From Heptranchias perlo (Eukaryota), in contig NC_090330.1 in assembly GCF_035084215.1 (NCBI RefSeq), positions 110,670,001 through 110,734,000 on the forward strand: 64,000 bases of DNA. Direction: 5' to 3'. Within the stretch, counting starts at the first letter, position 1. Each line of letters opens with the position of its first letter. Made by a program: the position numbers and the translations under genes. Positions 21,558 to 33,500 of the stretch are shown here, in pieces. Below the pieces are notes generated by a model. It did no database searches and had not been told where the DNA came from. It saw only the letters and a list, made by a program, of their open reading frames with translations.

Positions 21558-24500
21558 CTGAAAGAAGAACGGAAACTTTAGGAAAGAGCTTTCCACAGAA
21601 GCCGAGGTCCGTCCTCTAAACACTCCCCGCCCGGTGACAGCCTGGGCTCAGAGTTGGTTCTCCAGCCTCTCAGTCAGGAGGCTGTGGGTTTCAGGCCTCA
21701 CTCTGGGGCACTACTGACACTCAGGCTGAGGGAGTGCTGCACAGTCGGAGGTCATTTATCTCATTGCTGTTTGTGGGATCTTGCTGTGCACAAACTGGCT
21801 GCTGCGTTTCCAACATTACAACAGTGACCACACTTCAAAAAGTACTTCATTGGCTGTAAAGCGCTTTGGGACGTCCTGAGATTGTGAAAGGCGCTATAGA
21901 AATGCACGTCTTTCTATTAGCGATATAAGCACCATCTTTTCTTCTTAGTCATACCACACGTGAGAGCCCAGTGACCAGGGGTTACTGGTCTGACCGTCAC
22001 TAACCTGACCAGGGGTTACTGGTCTCACTGTCACTAACCTGACCAGGGGTTACTGGTCTCACTGTCACTAACCTGACCAGGGGTTACTGGTCTCACTGTC
22101 ACTAACCTGACCAGGGGTTACTGGTCTCACTGTCACTAACCTGACCAGGGGTTACTGGTCTCACTGTCACTAACCTGACCAGGGGTTACTGGTCTGACCG
22201 TCACTAACCTGACCAGGGGTTACTGGTCTGACCGTCACTAACCTGACCAGGGGTTACTGGTCTGACCGTCACTAACCTGACCAGGGGTTACTGGTCTGAC
22301 CGTCACTAATCTGACCAGGGGTTACTGGTCTGACCGTCACTAACCAGACCTGGGGTTACTGGTCTCACTGTCACTAACCTGACCAGGGGTTACTGGTCTG
22401 ACCGTCACTAACCTGACCAGGGGTTACTGGTCTGACCGTCACTAACCTGACCAGGGGTTACTGGTCTGACTGTCACTAACCGGACCAGGGGTTACTGGTC
22501 TGACCGTCACTAACCTGACCGGGAGTTACTGATCTGACCGTCACTAACCTGACCAGGGGTTACTGATCTGACCGTCACTAACCTGACGAGGGGTTACTGG
22601 TCTGACCGTCACTAACCTGACCAGGGGTTACTGATCTGAACGTCACTAACCTGACCGGGGGTTACTGGTCTGACTGTCACTAACCTGACGAGCAGTTGCT
22701 GGTCTGACCGTCACTAACCTGACCGGGAGTTACTGGTCTGACCGTCACTAACCTGACCAGGGATTACTGGTCTGACGAGGGGTTACTGATCTGACCGTCA
22801 CTAACCTGACGAGGGGTTACTGGTCTGACCGTCACTAACCTGACCAGGAGTTACTGGTCTGACCATCACTAACCTGACGAGGGGTTACTGGTCTGACCGT
22901 CACTAACCTGACCAGGAGTTACTGATCTGACCGTCACTAACCTGACGAGGGGTTACTGGTCTGACCGTCACTAACCTGACCAGGAGTTACTGGTCTGACC
23001 GTCACTAACCTGATGAGGGGTTACTGATCTGACCGTCACTAACCTGACGAGGGGTTACTGGTCTGACCGTCACTAACCTGACCAGGAGTTACTGGTCTGA
23101 CCGTCACTAACCTGACCAGGAGTTACTGATCTGACCATCACTAACCTGAACATCTCTGTTGTCTCGACCGTAGCGAGCCAGAAGCTGTAAGAGTTAGCGT
23201 AGTAGTTACAGGTGCCACGACCATGACACTCGATGAAGGGAGCAGAGCGGAACGATTCCAGGCACGAGCCGGGAGAGGACAGGGCCTGTCCCGACCCCTC
23301 AGCCCCAGAACTGGTGTGCTGCAGGTAGGAAGAAAAGGACAGAATGAGACGCTGTAGACGGGCCAATCCAAACTCACTCAACTGCAAATAAACAAGTCAT
23401 TACCATGAACTTTATCCCCCCTATTTATTTTCTCCCTTGTCATCTTACCCCTCACATTATTTGTACCTTAAATTTGCTCCCATGTCTCGGCGAGCACTGC
23501 TCGAAGATCAGTGGGTGCGCAGGAGCTGTCTGGGACTACGTTCCTCGTTTTCCTGTGCTACAGGAGCAAATAGTCAGCCTGCAGTCAGCGGGGCTGTTCA
23601 GACAGTGAATCCGGCCCATGAGAAACATGGTCACAAACCCACTGCTCGTCACACCAGTGTCAGCCGTGGCTCAGTGGGATCCCTCTCGCCTCTGGGTCAG
23701 ACAGTCGTCAGTTCAAGTCCCACCCCAGAGACGGAGCAGAGAATCCAGGCCGACACTCCCAGTGCAGGACTGAGGGAGCGATGCACTGTCGGAGGGGCAG
23801 TACCGAGGGAGCGCTGCACTGTCGGAGGGTCAGTACCGAGGGAGCGCTGCACCGTCGGAGGGTCAGTACCGAGGGAGCGCTGCACTGTCGGAGGGGCAGT
23901 ACCGAGGGAGCGCTGCACTGTCGGAGGGTCAGTACCGAGGGAGCGCTGCACCGTCGGAGGGTCAGTACCGAGGGAGCGCTGCACTATCGGAGGGTCAGTA
24001 CCGAGGGAGCGCTGCACTGTCGGAGGGTCAGTACCGAGGGAGCGCTGCACTGTCGGAGGGTCAGTACCGAGGGAGCGCTGCACTGTCGGAGGGGCATTTT
24101 TTGGCTGAGACATTAAACCAAGGCCCTGTCTGCCCTCTCAGGTGGGTGTAATGATCCCATGGCACCATTCGAAGAAGAGCAGGGGAGTTCTCCCCGGTGT
24201 CCTGGACCAACATTTATCCCTCAACCAACATCACTAAAACAGATTATCTGGTCGTTTTCACATTGCTGTTTGTGGGATCTTGCTGTGCGCAAATTGGCTG
24301 CTGCGTTTCCTACATTACAACAGTGACTACACTTTAAAAGTACTTCAATGACTGTAAAGCAGGATGAGTCGTCCTGAGATCGTGAAGGGTGCTATATAAA
24401 TGCAAGACCTTTCTTTCACTGAGTGACCTGGTTACTACAGTGTGCTGTCCCATTTTACTGTTGTTATTGGAAAGGTTTTCGATTAGTATTGATATTTTCA

Positions 24501-27500
24501 CCTGGATGAATGTGTACTTTATTGAACAAAGTACCTCGAGCACAGTATAACTCTGTATCTAGAGCCTGCCTGTAATCTTCATGCTTTGTGCTGCCAATAA
24601 CGTTTACAATACAAGGTGAGTTCAGCTTATTCTGGTGTCTTATGCCTCGTGTGGAGGTTTCTTTGTGTGTTAACTCCCAGGAACCAAAGGTTATTCTGCG
24701 AACTGGCACTGAGATACACTCCCTGGGAGCGTCGCTCCCCACTGGGAGCGTTGCAATGTGGACTCACCCCTGTTTTGTATAGATAATAGTACTTTACAAT
24801 TTAACACTCCTGTTGCAGGGCTCTGCACAATGTGAGTGTTTATCGGGAATTCGGGAGTGGAGGGCGGAGGGCATGATTCGATTTTCCCATTAGCAGTAAT
24901 CGGGCCTGGTGCACTGTCCTCTCAGCCCCCTCGCCCGATAGGCTCTCCCGTCAGGCGAAGCTCCTCGCTGGGAGTGAGTAAACTTGTAAAATCTACCTCA
25001 TAATTCCAATTGGGAAAAATCCCATAGGAACAGGAGGAGGCCATTCAGCCCCTCGAGTCTGTTCCGCCATTTAATGAGATCATGGCTGATCTGTATCCTA
25101 ACTCCATTTACCTACCCTGGCTCCATATCCCTTAATAACCCTTGGCGAGCAAAAATCTATCGACCTCAGGTTTAAAATGATTAATTGAGCACCTACTGCT
25201 TTTTGTGGGAGAGAGTTTCCACACTTCTACCACCCTCTGTGTGGAGAAGTGTTTCCCAACTTCTCTCCTGAATGGCCGGGCTCTGATTTTAAGCTTAGGT
25301 CTCCTTGTCCTAGACTCCTCTAACTCAAGACAACTCAAAGAAATGGAAAAAACATACCATAATATTAGACATGTGGAGAACAATGACAGTAATGAAAGAG
25401 AAGGATGAATAATGGGATGGAGGGCATGACTTGGCCATTGTGTTTAGTTCTCAGGCACTTACCATCATGAAGGAGTAGCCGATCCAAAGGGAATCCCAAC
25501 CATTGGGGCACAGTGGGATTTGAATTGTTTGGCTGTGAACAGCAATCACCATCGCTGGAGCTTCACAAACAGAACACCTGCGAGAGTCGTTATGTTATTA
25601 TTATTATTCCAGGTTGAAGACTTGACTTGACTATTCCAATGCTCTCCTGACTGGCCTCCCATCTTCCACCCTCCATAAAATTGAGCTCATCCAAAACTCT
25701 GCTGCCCGTATCCTAACTTGCATCAAGTCCTGTTCAGCCATCACCCCCTGTGCTCGCTGACCTACATTGTGTTCGATTTTAAAGTTCTCATCCTTGTTTT
25801 CAATTCCCTCCATGGCCTCGCCCCTCCTTCTCTCTGTAACCTTCTCCAGCCCTCCAACCCTCCGAGATCTCTGCACTCGTCCAATTCTAGCCTCTTGCGC
25901 ATCCCCGATTTTCATCGCTTCATCACTGGTGGCCGTGCCTTCAGCTGCCTGGGCCCTAAGCTCTGGAATTCCCTCCCTAAACCTCTCCGCCTCTCTCTCC
26001 TCCTTTAAGATGCTCCTTAAAACCTACCTCTTTGACCAAGCTTTTGGTCACCTGTCCTAATATCTCCTTATGTGGCTCGGTGTCAAATTTTGTTTGATAA
26101 TCGCTCCTGTGAAGCGCCTTGGGACGTTTTACTATGTGAAAGGCGCTATATAAATGCAAATAGTTGCTGTTGTTGAAGTGAAGGAGTTCCAATACTGCGA
26201 TATTATTGGATCAACAACCCACGGGTCTTTAGTTAAAAGCTCTGAAATTGAGGTTGAATAAATCTGGTAATTTGGGGACCAGCACTGGGAAAAAAATGAC
26301 CCGACTGTCTTAGAATTCCGACTAGTTCACTAATCCGCCAGCCACCAGGTCTGGCCTACACATAATTCCACCAGATTGAATAAATGCCCTCCGAAAATTG
26401 CCACCATCTCATTAGGAGCCCTTCTCAGGGCAGCTAGAGATGGGCAATAAATGTGCCCGAGCTTACGATGGTGGTGTGGGGGGTGTGGGGGGTGTGACTC
26501 CACGATCCTGATTTCACAGTGGGGAGCGGCGCATTGCAGGAAATCATGGATTGCAAGCCCATCAGTCCCTGAGGGAGGGGGGTCTCCCTACAGGAGGCAT
26601 CAATTGCAGACGCGCTCCTAATATAAGCTGCAAAGCTCCCCACGTAAACTCGGACAATCATTCTCCCAGCCTCGGTAGAATTACAAGGAATGTTACAGTA
26701 CAGAAACAGGCCATTCGGCCCAACGGGTCTATCCCGGTGTTTAAGCTCCACACGAGCCTCCTCCCTCCCTACTTCATCTCATCCTATCAGCATATCCTTC
26801 TATTCCTTTCTCCCTCTTGTGTTTATCCAGCTTCCCCTTAAATGCATCTATTCTATTCACCTCGACTACTCCATGTGGGAGTGAGTTCCACATTCTCACC
26901 ACTCTCTGGATAAAGAAGTTTCTCCTGAATTCCCTATTGGATTTATTAGTGACTATCTTATATTTATGGCCCCGAGTTTTGGTCTCCCCCACAATGAAAA
27001 CATTTTCTCTACGTCTACTCTATCGAACCTCTTCATAATTTTAAAAACCTCTATCAGGTCCCCCCTCATTCTCCTCTGTACTACAGAAAAGAGCACCAAC
27101 CTGTTCAGTCTTTCCTGATAGTTAGTTGTACCCTCTCAGTTCTGGTTTCATCCTTGTAAATAATTGCTTATGGTCAAACATTCCATTTTTTAATAACCAT
27201 CTGTGTGAAGATGTTTCTGCTAAATTTATCCTTTGCTGTTCTAATGATGATCCGGAGTTTATTCCCCCATGTTACTGTAATAGTCTGATACTCTTGATAG
27301 TGGTAAATTACACCGTGCCACAATGTCTGCAGTCTCACCTGCTGATAAATGGCTTGATAGTTTGACCAATAACAGGAGCCATACTCATTGGCATTGGTTC
27401 GGGAGTGGCCAGCCAATAGGAATAGTCATTTCTTGATGCAAAGTTGCAGACGTTGTTGATATTGCAGAAGAGGAAAGGCATTGTGCTAAATCTCCTCAGA

Positions 27501-30500
27501 CAACTTCCCGCGGTACCTGGGCAGTGAAAGGACAAGGTTAACGGAGACACTGCAGGTGTCGGGCTGACTCTGTCTCTGGACGCTCGACGGTGAACAAACT
27601 AACAGAGCGTTTCCCAATGTAAAAGGGGGTCAATGGGTGCTGGCAATGAATAATACACTTTAGATTTGACCAATTCCCACATGCACGGCAGGGAGCCCCC
27701 ACATCAAGGTGTTTGGGTGCGGAGGTCAAGCTGTGGGACCTGACTGGTTTCCATGCCCGAATTCCCAATCCGTGCTCTGTGCTCCGGCTGGGAATTTCCT
27801 CCGGGTTTCTCCAACTCTGCTGCGGGAAATGGGGCGGAAATCCTGACTCGGAAATTCGTCGTCTCCGCAACAGATTTACAGGCGTGAAACGGGCGCCAAG
27901 GTGTCCAATATGGCGCCCATTCTGCGCCGGAAGTGTGCTGCCCGCCATATTGGTCATATAGGCATCCTGGGCCAGTGCCTGAACCAGGGGTTAGGCCCTT
28001 TGCATTTGCAAATTGAGGTCTAACGCCTATTTGAAGCTCCCTTTACAAAGTTCGTGTGCGATTGACTGCAGCTTGCTCCGTGAGGTCAGTATTCTGGGGC
28101 GCTTTACAACCAAAGAGAACGCTGGAGGCTGCTTCCCGAAAAGGCACATTTTTATTTCTTTTACTTATTTTATTGTGGGGCACAACCTCAACCCCACCCC
28201 CACCTCCCCCACACCCCCCACCTCCCCCACACCCCCCAACACCCACACACCCCACACCCACCCCACCGCTGGCTCCACATTGAATCCGTGGGCCGCTGCT
28301 CGCCCCCATCCCCCGATTGCCTCACCGCTCCCGCCCCCAACACCCTCCTCCTCCCGGTCTCTGTTTATCGCCTCGGCCAGAGTCCGAACTGAACCATCTT
28401 CAATCCTCCCGGGACCGAGGGCTGCTTCTGGCGCTGCGTCTGGCGCCCGTAGCTCGCTGGCAATAAACTAACGAGGTCGGCGGACCGATTTCCCGGGGTC
28501 CTATCACCGGGCCTCCTCGTGAGGCCCATGAGGCGGGTGTTGCCCAGTGATCACACCCTCATTCGGGCGGGGTCCAATTTCTAGGCCCCCGTTTACGGGG
28601 CATAAACAGGATTTTTCACCACACTTCCGGCAGTGGAACGGGAGGAAATTCCCGGCCTACGTGCCAGTTTGGGAAACGTGTCCGCATTGGGAAGTATTTA
28701 CTGAGTCTTTCAATCACTCACCCAAGTCTTGGCCGTGAGCCCTTTCATTGCCCTGGACATAAAGCAGTGAGAACCCATCATAGATTTTAGATGTCCCTTG
28801 AGGACATGAAGGTAACTCAGTTGTCTGGCTGTGCCTGGTAACAAGAAACCCGTGAGCTATTGAAGCAGGACCTGGGAACCCTCGAGGCCCTGGGGTTCCT
28901 TCAGGGCCGGCAGGTCCGGGATATCCTCTTGGACCTTAAAAGAAAAAGAGGGAAATGAGGCAGTTAAGCTACGCAAGAAAGATATCTTTTGTGTTTTCTT
29001 AGCGAATGGTCTACGCAGTGTGTATTCCAACAACAACTTACATTTATATAGCGCCTTTAATGTAGTAAAACGTCCCAAGGCGCTTCACAGGAGCGATTAT
29101 CAGACAAAATTTGACACCGAGCCACGTAAAAAGGTATTAGAACAGGTGACCAAAAGCTTGATCAAAGAGGTAGGATTTAAGGAGTGTCTTAAAGGAGGAG
29201 AGAGAGGTGGAGAGGTTTAGGGAGGGAATTCCAGAGCTTAGGGCCCAGGCAGCTAAAGGCACGGCCGCCAATGGTGGAGCGATTAAAATCAGGGATGTGC
29301 AAGAGGCCAGAATTGGAGGAGGGCAGAGATCTCGGAGGATTGTAGGGCTGGAGGAGGTTACAGAGATAGGGAGGGGTGAGGCCATGGAGGGATTTGAACA
29401 CAAGGATGAGAATTTTAAAATCGAGATGTTCCCGGACCGGGAGCCAATGTAGGACAGCGAGCACAGGGGGTGATGGGTGAATGGGACTCGGTGTGAACAT
29501 GATTTGCAAAAGGGACTAATATACTGTTGTGAATATCATGGTAAATTTAGTGATCTGCCATGGAGCTTTTTATGAATGGGAGCGTGTGTCAACAATGAGG
29601 GTAAATGTTAACCCTACCTTGATTGAGAGCTGCCCACTGATCATTGGTGAGGAGCTCAGTGGGGTTTTATCTGTTCTCAGGATGTGGGGCCTCACTTCTT
29701 ACCCAGCCCTACTTGTCCTGAGAAGAAGGTAGTGCAAAGTCCTCTGGAACCACTGCAGTCCTTGTGGGCAGGCAGGAGCCTTGTGGTGTTTGTTTTTACA
29801 AGTGCTAGGCCACCTCAGAGGGCACGAAGAGTCAACCATAACAGACACAATCCAGAGAATGGAAATTAATTTAACTTTCAATAGTATGGATTGTTTACTA
29901 CATTTCTAAGTTTTGTGTCATCTGCAAACTTTGAAATTATGCCCCCTATACCAAGTCCAGGTCATTAATAAAGACCAGAAAGAGCAGTGGTCCTAATACT
30001 GACCCCTGGGGGACACCACTCTTTACTTCCCTCCGGTCAGAAAAACAATCTTAAAGATGCAAAAATTGAAACTGAGGATGAGACAAAATAGTAAATATTC
30101 CGAATGATTGCTTCCTCCATGATTTCACCACGTCCCCATCCCAAACAGAGATAACCACGGTAAAATCAAGGACTCCAACTTAAAATGAATGAAAGATCCT
30201 GACAGGCTAAACAGAGATAAAAGCAAAAATAAGTCCCTGGGGATAGATGGTATTTATCCCGGAGATCTGAGCGAGATGTGGGAGAGGATTTGAGAGACAC
30301 GGACAATCATTATTAGGGAGTCACTGGACACTGGATAGAGGACCAGGAGTGTGGAAACAAACTAATCTTTTGCCTGCATTCAAAGAGGGGACACAGCAGA
30401 AGAACTACAAACCCAGGAGCCCATCGGCACACTGACCAATCCGATGGGCAGCAAGGCACGTCAATGGAGAATTTTTAAAAAACTAAATACCAATTGGCTG

Positions 30501-33500
30501 TTGGAGCCATCAACAAGACATTAACTAACCATCAACAAGACATTAACTAACCATCAACAAGATATTAACAAGACATTAAGTAACCATCAACAAGATATTA
30601 ACAAGACATTAAGTAACCATCAACAAGATATTAACAAACTATTAACAAGATATTAACAACATGTTAACAAACAATTAACAAATCATTAACAAGATATTAA
30701 CAAACCATTAACAAGATATTAACAAACCATTACCATGCCTTTAACAATCTATTAACAATCCTGTAACACACCATCAAGATATTAACAAACCATTTACAAA
30801 CCTTTAATAAATCTTTAACAATCCATTAACAAGCCATTGAGATATTAACAAGCCATTAACACACCATTAACATGCCTTTAGCAAGCCATTAAAATCCATT
30901 AACAATCCATTAACAAACCTGTAACAAGCCATCAACAAGATATTAACAAACCATTAACAAACCTTCAGTAAACCTTTAACAAGCCCATTCTAAATCAGTT
31001 GCAATTTTACCCCTTCAAGTATTTATCCAATTCCCTTTTGAAAGTTATTATTGAATCTGCTTCTACCGCCCTTTCAGGCAGTGAATTCCAGATCATCACA
31101 ACTCGCTGAGTAAAAAAATTCTCCTCATCTCCCCTCTGGTTCTTTTGCCAATTACCTTAAATCTGTGTCCTCTGGTTACTGACCCTCCTGCCACTGGAAA
31201 CAATTTCTCCTTATTTACTCTATCAAAATCCCTCAATTTTGAGCACCTCTATTAAATCTCCCCTTAAGTGTGTAGTTTCTCTAAACAAGTGCCTTTTAAG
31301 ATACTTCCAGAACAGTGCCTTGTTCACTGAGACCCGAGAACTGGGTACAGAGGGTAATGTGTGCAGATCACAGCGGGCTTGATTTTCTGGTCATCCATCT
31401 TAAATCACCAGAAAATCAGACCGGAGCGAGACCCTGAGCCGGAACCAGAGACATGGATTATGTGCTCCTGAACGTACAATGCAAGGTATTACATTTCACT
31501 CATTGAAAACACCAAATAAGCGAATGTTTCCTTGGACCAAGTGGCCTCTTTCTGTGCACTAACTTGTAAAGCAATTCTTACCTGCTGGGCCAAATGGGCC
31601 AATTTCTCCTTTCAGTCCAGGCCTCCCATCAAAGCCAGGAATACCCTCTGGACCAGGGTCACCAATAGGGCCGAGCAGACCTGGGTGAGGCAATAGATTA
31701 AGACAGTAATTAATACTTCAGTTATTCTGTAGTTACCCTTCACTATGGGGGAATGCACAAAAGGCCAGAGTTGGAGGAGCGCAGAGATCTCGGAGGGTTG
31801 TAGAGCTGGAGGAGGTTACAGAGATGGGGGGAGGGGCGAGGACCATGGAGGGATTTATTTTTTGTTAATGGTGCGACGCAAAGGAGATAATTTTCCGACC
31901 TTGCCCTCCTGGAAGGGAATCTCATCCACTGGGAGCACATATCAAAAATCCAGGTGATCGCAGTGAGTTGCATACAGCGCACATGGCACCTTGTGTGGTG
32001 TGCCTCGGGTGTAAGTGGGAGAGACTCGAGGCTCCCACGAAAGTGCAACGCCCATCAATTACCCCCCTCAGTGACGGAATAAAACGCTCGGTACGGATTT
32101 TTTCCGGTGCTCCGTATCGTTTGGTTGGGGATATTAGCTTACCTACATCACCTTTAACCCCTGGAAACCCGGGATAGCCCTTCGCTCCGTCTTTTCCTGG
32201 CCGACCAGGCAATCCGGGATTTCCCTTCACAATCTGTAAAGGGCCCTGTGGTCCAATAGGGCCTGGTGGACCTGTTAATGAAGCATCACATGGTGCGTTA
32301 ATGGGCCGGCCTTCGAAGGTCTGAAGCAGACTTTCAATTTGATTCATAAAATACCACGATGGGCCTGTTTGGGGTTTGACAGCGAAATGAAAAGGAGCAA
32401 GAAATATTTACCTGATTGTCCAGGTGGACCTCTCTCGCCCTGCAACCCTGGAAATCCAGGGGGTCCTGAGGAACCTTTCACTCCTAGGAAGATATTTGTG
32501 AAAGTGGTGTTACGTACGCTCAGTTTCAAATCTGAAAATGTCCACACTTTAGAAGGAAATCAAACTTCTAAAAAATAACGATGGATATAAAGTGTGTTAC
32601 AGTGCATTTCACTTAGTGATCTTATCTATCCAGTCGTAGCCGGAGAATCTCCTGCAATGGCTTCTTCTTCCGCACCGTTACCTCTGGAGTCCCCAAGGGT
32701 CTATCCTTGCTCCCCTCCTATTTCTCATCTACATGCTGCCCCTTGGCGACACGACATCAGGTCCCGCATGTACACTAACGACACCCAGCTCTACCTCACC
32801 ACCACCTCCCTCGACCCCTCTACTGCCTCTGTGTTGTCAAACTACTGTCCAATATCCAGTCCTGGATGAGCTGAAATTTACTCCAGGTGAAACACCGATA
32901 AGACCAATGCCACTGTCTTTGGTTCCTGCCACAGTTTTTCCTTCCCAATTTCCAACATCAATCCAGGCTCCCACTACCGATTTAAAAGGGGAGATGGTTG
33001 ACGTTATATGTGTATAACACTCCTACTTTTAGTCTTACACCCTATGGGACTTGCATTAGAAGAGGGAACAGAGAATGCGAACTAATCCGGTTCCTGGTGT
33101 CAAAGGGATGAAATATGAGGACAGATCAGAGAAGCTCGAGTTTAGCGAGCAGGTAGTTTGGAATATAGGAATTGCTGGATGAAAGATGACCGAGGTCCAT
33201 CTAGTTCGCCTTCTATCATCCTGGTAGTCGCATGATACGACGATAATGGTGTTTGTTGGCTAATCATGGCAATCAATTTCTATCGATTAATCTACAACAG
33301 GCCCAGACATGAGGTGAGGACGCACTTGGGCAGAGTTATCTAATTATATGTATTAAATGATGTAGATCAGGGATTATTACTTCTTTACTTGGGTGTAGTG
33401 AAAGTTGCCTCATTTTGGTGTTGAAATTGTAAGGACATTGCTCGTAACACTTTGAGTTCAAACATAAAACTGGGTTATTATCCCTGAGACGTGACACAAT

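Noticed and set aside
22580-23060. CTGACGA/CTGATGA variants in the 34-bp repeat as hammerhead cores
   Set aside because: No GAAA box or stem II follows.
21973-23148. CRISPR-like array (34-bp palindromic units; also the 28-, 31- and 33-bp arrays)
   Set aside because: Units are contiguous with no unique spacers, there are no cas genes, and the context is eukaryotic.
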